Assembly: GCA_942493095.1 (NCBI GenBank)
Contig: OW818675.1
Coordinates: 1,830,001 to 1,862,000, forward strand
Direction: 5' to 3'
Length of the DNA stretch: 32,000 nt
Source: Candidatus Electronema halotolerans
GTDB lineage: Bacteria > Desulfobacterota > Desulfobulbia > Desulfobulbales > Desulfobulbaceae
The translations under genes were made by a program, and so were the position numbers. Below, piece after piece: positions 19,801 to 26,186 of the stretch (positions within the stretch are counted from its first letter, which is position 1; each line of letters starts with the position of its first letter). The notes below the pieces were generated by a model. The model had not been told where the DNA came from, ran no database searches, and worked only from the letters and a program-made list of their open reading frames with translations.

Positions 19801-20261
19801 CCGTTGTCTATGCTGACCGTATCGGCATTTGTACTGGTCCAAGTCAGGGCCGAGCTGTCTCCTTCGACGATGGAGGCCGGATCAGCGGTCAGAGAAACCG
19901 TGGGCGGCTGGAGCACAGTGATTGTGACGCTGTCCGTCACAGCGCCTTTTGCTCCTGTGGCAGTGGCCGTATAGATTGTGGTCGCTGTCGGCTTTACAGA
20001 CATGGAGCCGTTCAGATCAACCGCACCAATGCCGTTGTCAATACTGACTGTTTCCGCGTTCTTGCTGGTCCATGTCAGCGTTGCTGTTCCACCCAATTTG
20101 ATCGCAGCCGGTTCTGCGCTCAAAGACACCTTGGGCGAGGAAGCTGTTCGTATCATCATGAACATGCGCAGCAGGGAGCTGTCCGTCTTGTCAGCCCATG
20201 CTGAGGGCAGCAGGAAACAGCACAACATCGCGGCAAGAGACAGCAGGATTGTTTTCTTCAC
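13848..20261 (-). CDS. secreted teneurin-like YD/Rhs-repeat polymorphic toxin (2137 aa)
   Basis: GTG start with GAGGA upstream. Signal peptide is MKKTILLSLAAMLCCFLLPSAWA. In order: 3 Ig-like repeats, a TTR/carboxypeptidase-regulatory-like module, 6 NHL blades, many YD repeats (YDSKGRL, YDAQGFL, YDSNGNM ...), and an Rhs core (YYLGYDQVGSLR...FGFRDYDPAIGRWVAKDP...LYGYVVGDPVGLVDPEG), followed by a 110-aa tail. Confidence 0.93.
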   Translation of the reverse strand: MKKTILLSLAAMLCCFLLPSAWADKTDSSLLRMFMMIRTASSPKVSLSAEPAAIKLGGTATLTWTSKNAETVSIDNGIGAVDLNGSMSVKPTATTIYTATATGAKGAVTDSVTITVLQPPTVSLTADPASIVEGDSSALTWTSTNADTVSIDNGIGTVDLNGTKSVSPTATTTYTITATGAGGTASDTATVDVVPASITISAVSETIAAGESTELSWQSRNVENISIDNGIGVVAANDSRSVSPENTTTYTITGSGGKGTVSAQVTVQVTNSPEAQPEGSFGEQYEDLVPDDATIDEYDAKRFSLITGMVHDLQDAPLEDVRVTVHGHPEYGTVKTAADGRFTLPAEGGGTMTIAYKRAGYITAHRQIYVPWNDIAVAETVQMLVEDSAATQVTFDGNPATVVTHVSTPVTDEFGSRSATIVFQGDNMAHLVDEQGNDIQELPNITARATEFKTQESMPAVLPPNSAYTYCSELSVDGAARVRFDKPVTVWVDNFLGFEVGEAVPVGYYDRDRGVWVPSENGLVVKLLDVDGDGVVDALDSDKDDLPNDLNSDGSFADEVIGLEDASRYAPGKTFWRAAITHFTPWDCNWPYGPKEDAIPPNGKGTPDAEGAETTDGKNPDDIDCINSYVKKRGRVFHEDIPIPGTGMTLHYASNRVDDYKQVITVPASSDTVPDSLKSIIVEVKLAGRTLTQTLEPLPNQQAQFTWDGLDYLGREAGTVDADVAIGFVYEAVYLTAGNFSNAFAQAGSDVTGIRARQEVISWQRFELQVGAGKAAGNIAEGWSLSDHHVFGRRAAHLYKGNGSILENKNSSIITTLAGTGSSGYNGDDIPAAEAKLYYPDDVAVDTLGNILIADRNNHRIRKVDKNGIITTVVGTGSSGYNGDNIPAIEANISYPDDVVVDQLGNIFIADTGNNRIRKVDTNGIITTVAGNGTEGSGGDGGPAIDAELDEPYEVAVDEIGNIFIVNVIGYYNDSIRKVDTNGIINTVAGGGSSTGDNIPAVQAKIRAAGVIVDQAGNFFIADPVHDRIRKVNSSGVITTVAGTGSSGYSGDGGPAIEARLNSPTDVALDQAGNLFICDEYNSRIRKIDPNGIITTVAGNGSSSYAGDGGPALEASLDDPIEVAVDQLGNIFMAEYDHHRIRKVEFAAAVFKSDLLAAGDIPFADSNGLGYIMSAAGLHKKTIDLDSGLVLQEFGYDSDNNLLSITDQFGNVTTIERDANGTTTAIVSPDGLRTELHINAEKQLAKIVYPDSSAYNFTYSPDSLMTVETEPNGNRFEHHFDANGKIVEVLDEEGGQWQYSRQRLANGEVQIDSLTAEGNRTTNLDNTASTGAFSTTTIDPSGNESTFSRSADGLSETRELSCGMTSWTDYGLDAEYKYKVAHGTGTQSPAGLTKVAQVDKTYQDTNTDEIPDLITETVSRDGRITTLVHNTLTAEKTVTTPEGRTVTAAYDPATLLTTSVEIPGLSPTNYAYDSKGRLTSVTTDTRTAAFSYDAQGFLASQTDPEGRSTSYSHDAVGRVTAITRPDTTTVQFSYDSNGNMTALTNPSATNHLFAYNKVNRQNAYQTPISGSYSYVYDKDRRLKRTDFPSGAQISNIYTDNLLTQTQTPEGNIDYTYLCSSKVGSISKGGESISYSYDGSLLTSESKSGTLNQTLTFSYNNDFNLSAITYAGSTENLSYDDDGLLISSGVYSISRNAANGLPEQVSGNALNRSRTFNGYGELTAENSTVNAQPVNGWSVTRNKNGRILSKTETVNGSAVDYAYTYDDMGRLLTVKKGGILVEEYQYGLNGSRTHEMNSLKGVSGRDYSYSEEDHLLSAGDVSYEFDKDGFLTKKTQGAEVTAYNYSSRGELLQVTLPDGKSIEYLHDPLGRRIAKKVNGTIVEKYLWLGLTKLMAVYDGSDNLLMRFEYADGRMPAAMTASGATYYLGYDQVGSLRTVADATGNVVKEISYDSFGTILSDSNPALAVPFGFAGGLHDRDTGLVKFGFRDYDPAIGRWVAKDPIFFAGGDVDLYGYVVGDPVGLVDPEGKLWSWAATGAGAVIGGLGGASYGLGSQVISAIQGNGFHAENIIGAAAGGAVVGAVTGAVVGAVTGDPSAILIGGSVSTTIGAAVLGGVLGGATEQSINGEWKQTSPCDGN
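13851..14180 (-). other. C-terminal cargo domain: glycine-zipper hydrophobic peptide (residues 2028-2137)
   Basis: KLWSWAATGAGAVIGGLGGASYGLGSQVISAIQGNGFHAENIIGAAAGGAVVGAVTGAVVGAVTGDPSAILIGGSVSTTIGAAVLGGVLGGATEQSINGEWKQTSPCDGN. Codons mostly end in A/T (GGT, GGA, GCA, GTA, ACA, TCA, ATT, TTA), unlike the upstream shell. Confidence 0.8.
16824..17828 (-). repeat. six tandem NHL-type beta-propeller blades (residues ~813-1146)
   Basis: About 55-aa units: IITTLAGTGSSGYNGDDIPAAEAKLYYPDDVAVDTLGNILIADRNNHRIRKVDKNG, then IITTVVGTGSSGYNGDN...RIRKVDTNG, and so on through ...IFMAEYDHHRIRKVEF. The DNA copies are diverged. Confidence 0.85.
19449..20135 (-). repeat. three tandem ~76-aa Ig-like repeats (residues ~43-271)
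   Basis: PKVSLSAEPAAIKLGGTATLTWTSKNAETVSIDNGIGAVDLNGSMSVKPTATTIYTATATG... / PTVSLTADPASIVEGDSSALTWTSTNADTVSIDNGIGTVDLNGTKSVSPTATTTYTITATG... / ITISAVSETIAAGESTELSWQSRNVENISIDNGIGVV...TTTYTITGSG... Confidence 0.85.
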
Positions 20262-20300
20262 AAGAGTCCTCAGCTATTATCTGAAAAATGAACAAAAAAG

Positions 20301-20329
20301 CTTGTAGCACATTTGAGCAAGAATGTCAA
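20301..20329 (-). promoter_or_regulatory. candidate sigma70 promoter for the Rhs gene
   Basis: On the minus strand: TTGACA (20329-20324), a 17-nt spacer, then TACAAG (20306-20301), about 40 nt upstream of the GTG start. The -10 match is only 4/6. Confidence 0.3.
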
Positions 20330-20395
20330 CTCTTATGGACAAGAAAATGACTGTAGGGGCCCATGAATTGCCCTTGCAATGGCAGCCCGGTGTTT

Positions 20396-22270
20396 TCACG
20401 TTATTCCAACATGTTGTACCTGTGTCAGGCCGCGCACGGAATTTGCCAGATAGATTGCCGCCGCTGCCTGCCGCACATCCTCAACGGTCAGAATGCGCTC
20501 CACTGCCCTGCCCTGCTCCAGCAGCATGCGCCGGTAGGTTCCTGCCAGCAGGCCGCTGGCAACTGGCGGCGTGCAAAGAAGGTCTTCGCCCCTGTTTTTG
20601 ATGAAAAGATTGGAGATTGCCCCTTCTGTGACCTGCCCGGCAGTGTTGGTAAACAGCACCTCATGGCAGCCTTGGGCAAGAGCGGCCCTGCGCTCCTGCT
20701 CATAAAGATGCCGCCGGGTGGTTTTGTGGAACAGATGCGGATTGCTTGGGTCAACCTGCTGCTGCGAGAAGAGCACCTTTGGCAGCTCGGCTGATGGCTG
20801 CTCTGCCGGGATTGGAGTCGCGGTCAGGCTCAGTTCGCCGTCCCGATGCAGAAGCAGCCGCACCCGGAGCAGCTCCTTTGCCTGCGCCACTGCTCCTGCC
20901 AAGCGGGAACGAATTTCTTGCACATCACAGGAAAAATGAAAATAGCGGGCTGAGTCTGACAAGCGTTCCAGATGATATTCCAGCAGAAAGAAGCCGCTGT
21001 CCGGCTGCCAGAGCATGGTTTCAATGAGCTGGAAATCCGGCTCGCTGACAGTGAGAAAATTGCCCTTGAGCAGACATTCGGCCCATTCCTCCTCCGGCTG
21101 AGAATCCGCAACAATACCGGAACCAATCCCCATCCTCCCGCTGTCGTTGTCCAGCTCCAGCGTGCGGATCGGCACATTGAAACAGCTTGCCGCTTGACTG
21201 GCATAGCCAATGGCCCCGCAATACACACCCCGCTGCTGCCGTTCCAATTGGTGAATGATCTCCATCGTCTTGATTTTCGGCGCGCCCGTGACTGAGCCGC
21301 AAGGAAACAAAGCTCCAATAAGCTGCTGAAACGATGGTTTGCCGCAGGCCGGAAGGCCGTCAATGGTCGAGGTCATTTGCAGCAGGGATTCGTAGCACTC
21401 GACAGCAAAGAGGCTGTGGGGCGCGACTGTGCCGCCGCCGGTCTTGTGCAGCAAACAGGCGAGATCATTGCGGAGCAGATCAACGATCATCACGTTCTCA
21501 CTCCGGTTTTTCGCATCAGTATGAAGCCGCTCCTGCTGGGCCTTGTCTTCGGCATTGGTGCGGCCCCGGCGCAGGGTGCCTTTCATGGGCCGCACCCGCA
21601 CTTTGGCCGCATCAGCGCGGAAGAACAGCTCCGGGGAAAAGCTGAGGATGTCCCTGCCCTGCTGGCGGATCCAGGCGCTGTAGCAGACTGACTGATTGCG
21701 GCGCAGGGCGCAGTACAAGGCCGCGATGGAACCGTGCAGGGTGAAATCAACGTGCAGGGTGAAATTGACCTGATAGGTGTCTCCGGCCCGGATATGCTCC
21801 TGAATGGCGGCAATGGCTTGGAGATATTCCTCCTTGCTGATGCTGGTGCGCAGGTCGGCGCAGGTGAAGTCTTCCGCGACCGCCTCCTGTCCGTCATCCG
21901 GCCCTGCGCCGTTGCTCCACTGGTCGGTCTGATGATCAAAGATCAGCGGCTCCTGATAGACTCCCAGCGCGGCCAGCGGCCTGCTGCTGTCAACGAGACA
22001 GGGACGCAGGCGCGGCTCCAGCAGATAGGCGAATTCATAGCCTATCCAACCGGCGAGAAAAGCTCCTTGCTCCTGAAGCTGATCAGCTTGGCGGAGAAAG
22101 GCGGCAGCATCATCGTCAGGCCAGCATTGCAGCCAGTGGCGCGGCTTGAGAAAGAGGAGGGAATGATGATTCTCGGCAGTCACTCTGGAACTTTCCAGAA
22201 AAACAAAGTCATCCTGCCGGGCCAGCCAAGAACTGAGACGGACGATGTCGGCATTACTGAAAGGCTTCAT
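20396..22270 (-). CDS. pabB: bifunctional aminodeoxychorismate synthase component I / aminodeoxychorismate lyase (PabB-PabC fusion)
   Basis: 624 aa. Chorismate-utilising motifs are GDTYQVNFT, SFSPELFFR, PMKGTLRRG, ENVMIVDLLRNDL, FPCGSVTGAPK and RGVYCGAIGY. The C-terminal ~200 aa are class-IV aminotransferase/ADC-lyase-like (HKTTRR, VTEGAISNLF, TPPVASGLLAGTYR, ANSVRG). Confidence 0.85.
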   Translation of the reverse strand: MKPFSNADIVRLSSWLARQDDFVFLESSRVTAENHHSLLFLKPRHWLQCWPDDDAAAFLRQADQLQEQGAFLAGWIGYEFAYLLEPRLRPCLVDSSRPLAALGVYQEPLIFDHQTDQWSNGAGPDDGQEAVAEDFTCADLRTSISKEEYLQAIAAIQEHIRAGDTYQVNFTLHVDFTLHGSIAALYCALRRNQSVCYSAWIRQQGRDILSFSPELFFRADAAKVRVRPMKGTLRRGRTNAEDKAQQERLHTDAKNRSENVMIVDLLRNDLACLLHKTGGGTVAPHSLFAVECYESLLQMTSTIDGLPACGKPSFQQLIGALFPCGSVTGAPKIKTMEIIHQLERQQRGVYCGAIGYASQAASCFNVPIRTLELDNDSGRMGIGSGIVADSQPEEEWAECLLKGNFLTVSEPDFQLIETMLWQPDSGFFLLEYHLERLSDSARYFHFSCDVQEIRSRLAGAVAQAKELLRVRLLLHRDGELSLTATPIPAEQPSAELPKVLFSQQQVDPSNPHLFHKTTRRHLYEQERRAALAQGCHEVLFTNTAGQVTEGAISNLFIKNRGEDLLCTPPVASGLLAGTYRRMLLEQGRAVERILTVEDVRQAAAAIYLANSVRGLTQVQHVGIT

Positions 22271-22335
22271 GGAGGGAGAGGAGAAGATGTTTGAGCTTCT
22301 GCTGCGTCAGGGCGGACACAGCAGAAGGTGATGAC

Positions 22336-23655
22336 TCAGGCTGTCGGCTGCTCTTCGGCCCAAGTTGGTCGTTTGACAAACTGGACCATGATTGCTCCGA
22401 CAACCAGCAGGGCGGCGGAAAGATAAAAGGCGTAATCCAAGCTGCCGGTCAGGTCTTTGATGATCCCGCCCAGTTTGGCCATGAAAAAGCCCATGCCCCA
22501 GCCAAGAAAGACTAATCCGTAGTTGATGCCCAGATTCTTGGCCCCGTAAAAGTCGCCGGTGAAGAGCGGCATCAGGGACAGGCCGCCGCCGTACTGCCAG
22601 TAGGCATTGCCCACAACAATGAAGAGGAGGAGAATGTTCTGCGACTGGATGGCCATTGGCACCAAGAGCAGGCAGAGAGCTGAGATCACGCAGTTCAGGG
22701 TGTAGGAATGCGCCCGCCCGATTTTGTCGGAATACCAGCCCGTGCCAATCCGCCCGGAGGCGTTGATCAAGCCGCCGTAGGCCACGAGCAGCCAGGCGTT
22801 CTCGGCAAAGAAGGGAATCTTCCCGCCAGCGTTTTTCAGCATGCCAGCGGCATTGGCAATGATCAGCATGCCGGACTGGGTGGTGAGGATGAACATGAAG
22901 ACCAAGGCGTAGAACTGCCATGTTTTCAGCATTTCCTTGGCTGACCAGTCATGCTGGGTGGCTGCGCTGGCAATCTTGCTTGTCCGGGCGCATTTCGGCG
23001 CAGGCGGCACATAGGAGCCGTCCGGGTACACCTCGTTCGGGGTTTTCAGGAGCTGTCCGGCAATGACCACCACCGTGGCGAAGAAGAGGCCAAGAAAGAT
23101 GAAGCTCTTGGAGATGCCGTAGTTGTTGATCAGGTATTCGGCCAGCGGGCTGATGTACAGGGCTGCGCCGCCATAACCGCCCACCACCAGTCCGGCGATC
23201 AATCCCCGACGATGCGGGCCGAACCATTTCAGAGCTGCGGGCGTGGGCGCGGCATAACCAATGCCCATACCCATGCCGCCCAAGATGCCGAAACCGATGA
23301 TCAGGCCGAGGTAGCTCTGCATCAGTCCGGCAATGATGCAGCCGGAGGCGAGAAAGAGGCCGCCAATGGTTGCGCCGAACTTGGGGCTGATTTTGTCCTG
23401 AATCCGTCCGCCGGGAATCATGAGCAGGGCGAACATGACCATGCAGATGGAAAAGGGCGTGGCCGCCTGAGCATTGGTCAGATAGGTCCAGCCCTGATTC
23501 AGGCCGGTCATGGGCTGGCCTGCCTTGTCAACATTGGTCAGGGCTGCTGACCACATGCTCCACGCATAAAGTATGCCAAGACATAAATTGACCGCCACCC
23601 CGGCAAAGGTGGTGATCCATGCCTGAAGAGGCTCTTTTTCACAGTGCGCTGCCAT
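22336..23655 (-). CDS. MFS transporter (oxalate/formate antiporter-like subfamily)
   Basis: The ORF is open to 23745. I prefer ATG 23655 (MAAHCEKEPLQAWITTFAGV), preceded by AAAGGAGAA. About 12 hydrophobic segments. The subfamily call is tentative. Confidence 0.8.
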   Translation of the reverse strand: MAAHCEKEPLQAWITTFAGVAVNLCLGILYAWSMWSAALTNVDKAGQPMTGLNQGWTYLTNAQAATPFSICMVMFALLMIPGGRIQDKISPKFGATIGGLFLASGCIIAGLMQSYLGLIIGFGILGGMGMGIGYAAPTPAALKWFGPHRRGLIAGLVVGGYGGAALYISPLAEYLINNYGISKSFIFLGLFFATVVVIAGQLLKTPNEVYPDGSYVPPAPKCARTSKIASAATQHDWSAKEMLKTWQFYALVFMFILTTQSGMLIIANAAGMLKNAGGKIPFFAENAWLLVAYGGLINASGRIGTGWYSDKIGRAHSYTLNCVISALCLLLVPMAIQSQNILLLFIVVGNAYWQYGGGLSLMPLFTGDFYGAKNLGINYGLVFLGWGMGFFMAKLGGIIKDLTGSLDYAFYLSAALLVVGAIMVQFVKRPTWAEEQPTA

Positions 23656-23833
23656 GATTTCTCCTTTTTTTGGTCTGGAACCGCCCGCAGTTCTGCCGAC
23701 GGCGTATATGGCACGTACTGTAGCACAAGCGAAGCAGGGGCGCAATTACGGAGAACAGCTGTCTTTTTGCAGGAGCTTAATCTTCTTGAAGCATGACGGC
23801 TCAGAACAGTGCCTATCCCTGCTTTCTTGAACA

Positions 23834-23842
23834 TGGTACAAT
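23834..23842 (+). promoter_or_regulatory. extended -10 (TGgTACAAT) 6 nt before the rarA ATG; possible leaderless transcript
   Basis: TGGTACAAT at 23834-23842 and ATG at 23849. No SD between them. Confidence 0.25.
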
Positions 23843-23848
23843 AGCCGC

Positions 23849-24652
23849 ATGAACAGCCGCCGACCATCCACCGCTCCTCTTGCCGAGCGGATGCGCCCGC
23901 GCTCGCTGGCTGACTTTGTCGGCCAAGAGCATTTGGTCAGCCAAGGCCGACTCCTGCACGAGCTGATCCGCAGCGGCAGGCTGCCATCCCTGCTTCTCTG
24001 GGGGCCGCCTGGGTCCGGCAAAACCACCCTTGCCAATATCCTCGCCAGCAGTGTGCAGGCTGAGTTTGTCTTTTTCTCCGCCGTGCTCTCCGGGGTCAAG
24101 GAAATCAGACGGATTGTTCAGCAGGCCGAGGCCCGGCAGACGCAGACGGCCACCGTCCTTTTTGTTGATGAAATCCACCGCTTCAGCAAGAGCCAGCAGG
24201 ATGCCTTTCTCCCCCATGTCGAAAGCGGCCTGCTGACCCTGATCGGCGCGACCACGGAAAATCCCTCCTTTGCAGTCATTGCCCCGCTTCTGTCCCGCTG
24301 TCAGGTGCTGCTGCTCAAGCCGCTGCTTCCTGAGCATATCCAGCAGATTTTGGGCCGCGCTCTGAGCGATGCCGGACACGGGCTTGGCAGCCAAGAACTT
24401 GCCGCAGATGAGCAGGCCCTTGCTCTGCTTGCCCGCACTGCGGACGGCGACTGCCGCCGCGCCCTCAACTGCTTGGAAACAGCAGCGGCTCTGGCGCAAA
24501 AAAAAGGCGGCGGCCTGATCAGCAGGGAGCTGGCTAACGAAGTTCTGCAAGAGCGGACACTGCGTTACGACAAAAACGGCGAGGAGCATTACAACCTGAT
24601 CTCGGCCCTGCACAAAAGCCTGCGCGACAGTGACCCGGACGGGGCCTGCTAA
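23849..24652 (+). pseudogene. rarA: rarA/mgsA (replication-associated recombination protein A), 5' fragment truncated by IS insertion
   Basis: LAERMRPRSLADFVGQEHL, Walker A LWGPPGSGKTTLA, Walker [17 protein letters not shown] and GATTENPSF. It ends ...HKSLRDSDPDGAC* at the IS junction. Confidence 0.88.
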
Positions 24653-24660
24653 CTGGCTGG
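24652..24660. repeat. target-site duplication, copy 1 (ACTGGCTGG; 8 or 9 bp depending on the IR boundary)
   Basis: Identical to 25548-25556, directly abutting the IS inverted repeats. Confidence 0.8.
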
Positions 24661-25547
24661 GTGATGGTGAACTGTGAGTGATCAATTAAACAAAAGATTA
24701 TTATTATAATCTTGAATGAACCTCCAGACAGATGCAGTTAAATTTTCGATGCTTCTCGAAAATGAAATGGTCTTTCTGACAAGTGCAGATAATCTTTGTC
24801 TGAATGTCAAATTGAGCCTTTCGATATGACTTGTTTTTCCGCTTCCTTTGCTGACAATTCTATGCCTTTCAGCTGGAAACACGCTCGAATAAGCGGCGAG
24901 TCCATCCGTAAAAAATATTCCGTTCTTTTTGCAATCCTCAGAAAGGGAGTCCCACAAGGCGGCTGCTCCTGCATTATCTCTTTTTCCAACATGATATCCG
25001 ACAATAAGCTTTGTTCTTCTCTCGACAGCAAGCCATATCCAAATATCATTTTTCTTGTCACCAACGAAAGTCCACATTTCATCGGCTTCGATGAAGATTT
25101 TTCCGTTGCGGGACATATTGAAAGCCTCTTTTTTGACTTCATTTCGTTTTTTTTTAACATATTCCTGAAGCCATCTTTTTGAGATGGAAACGGCTCTCGC
25201 AATCCCAGCCAAGGAGATTCTTTCAACAAGAAGCTTATCAACTATGCGCCATTCAGCATCAGATATTGTTTTGTTCTGAGGATTCTCAACGAATTGACGT
25301 GAGCAGTCCTTACATAAAAATTTCTTTTTCCCATTCGCATTGGAGCCATTTTTCACAATGACTGATGAACCACATCTTGGGCATTGCACAGCTTTCTTCT
25401 CCATGTTTGTTTTTTTCATAATGACGGCTTGACATGCGCATCCGACGAAGAGCCGATGGGACAGAGAGCATCCCTTGCCGCCAGTATATTATATTTTTCA
25501 GCAATTTCAACATATTTTCAACCTATCACTCACGATTCACCATTACC
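24660..25547 (-). mobile_element. IS1-family insertion sequence (~888 bp)
   Basis: Terminal inverted repeats are GGTGATGGTGAACTGTGAGTGAT (24660-24682) and the reverse complement of 25525-25547, GGTAATGGTGAATCGTGAGTGAT (20/23 identical, IS1-like GGTGATG...TGAT ends). Flanked by direct repeats, with a single transposase ORF. The interior is AT-richer than the flanks. Confidence 0.88.
24682..25419 (-). CDS. IS1-family transposase (fused InsAB-type, no frameshift)
   Basis: N-terminal zinc finger CPRCGS...CKDCSRQF, an HTH (LAGIARAVSISKRW), and a DDE region ADEMWTFVGDKKNDIWIWLAVERR...FFTDGLAAYSSV...IERLNLTFRQRLSALVRKTISFSRS, collinear with E. coli InsB motifs. Confidence 0.9.
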   Translation of the reverse strand: MKKTNMEKKAVQCPRCGSSVIVKNGSNANGKKKFLCKDCSRQFVENPQNKTISDAEWRIVDKLLVERISLAGIARAVSISKRWLQEYVKKKRNEVKKEAFNMSRNGKIFIEADEMWTFVGDKKNDIWIWLAVERRTKLIVGYHVGKRDNAGAAALWDSLSEDCKKNGIFFTDGLAAYSSVFPAERHRIVSKGSGKTSHIERLNLTFRQRLSALVRKTISFSRSIENLTASVWRFIQDYNNNLLFN

Positions 25548-25556
25548 ACTGGCTGG
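25548..25556. repeat. target-site duplication, copy 2 (ACTGGCTGG)
   Basis: Identical to 24652-24660. Confidence 0.8.
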
Positions 25557-26059
25557 GCCGGATGCTGGCAGGCGGCGAAGACCCGCTCTACATTGCCCGC
25601 CGCCTGATCCGCTTTGCCAGTGAGGACGTGGGCATCAGCGACCCCAGAGCCTTGGAGGTGGCCCTGAGCTGCCGTCAAGCCTGTCACCTGCTCGGTTCAC
25701 CGGAAGGCGAGCTGGCTCTGTATCAGGCCGCAGTGTATCTTGCCACTGCGCCCAAGAGCAATGCCCTCTATGTCACGGAAAAGACTGTGAAGGAGGAAAT
25801 CCGGCGGAGCGGCTCGCTGCCAGTGCCGCTCCATCTCCGCAATGCGCCGACCAAGCTGATGCGGGACTGCGGCTATGGCAGAGGCTACGAGTATGCGCAC
25901 GATCAGGCGGATGCGCTGACTGCGCAGGAGCATCTGCCAGAGGAGCTGGCCGGGAAAAGGTTTTACCAGCCTTCTGAGCGCGGCTATGAGGCGGTGGTTC
26001 GGGAGCGGCTCCTCAAATGGCGGGAGATTCTCCGGCAGCGGCGCACAAAAAAGCAGTGA
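25548..26059 (+). pseudogene. rarA: rarA/mgsA, 3' fragment
   Basis: WLGRMLAGGEDPLYIARRLIRFASEDVGISDPRAL...APKSNALY...VPLHLRNAPTKLMRDCGYGRGYEYAHD, the conserved RarA C-terminal domain. It resumes exactly at the IS end. Confidence 0.88.
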
Positions 26060-26096
26060 CCAGACAGGACGGATTGCAAAAATGTCTCTATTTATC

Positions 26097-26125
26097 TTGC
26101 GAAAATTCCCACGATGTGGCATTAT
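26097..26125 (+). promoter_or_regulatory. candidate sigma70 promoter for the HTH/Cys-rich regulator
   Basis: TTGCGA (26097-26102), a 17-nt spacer, then CATTAT (26120-26125). Confidence 0.25.
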
Positions 26126-26186
26126 CAATGCTCGATTGCCGTAACTCCTTGTGCGCATTTCCCTGCAATATTTGATTCAGCCTGTC

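Noticed and set aside
14108-20307. Many ORFs antisense or off-frame within the Rhs gene (for example 14337-15497, 15723-16691, 17184-18641, 19201-20307)
   Set aside because: They are fully nested in a 2137-aa CDS with unmistakable repeat families. Their repeat periodicity simply mirrors the NHL, YD and Ig repeats of the sense strand.
20323-22294. ORFs antisense or off-frame to pabB-pabC
   Set aside because: Shadow ORFs. The sense frame carries all the chorismate-binding and ADC-lyase motifs.
23538-24685. ORFs 23538-23867, 23746-24099 and 23813-24685 (minus) over the rarA 5' fragment
   Set aside because: They are antisense to a frame with Walker A and B and the RarA motifs.
25475-25547. Track ORF start at 25475 for the rarA 3' fragment
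   Set aside because: The first 24 codons (MPPVYYIFQQFQHIFNLSLTIHHY) are read-through from inside the IS end, so they are not part of rarA.
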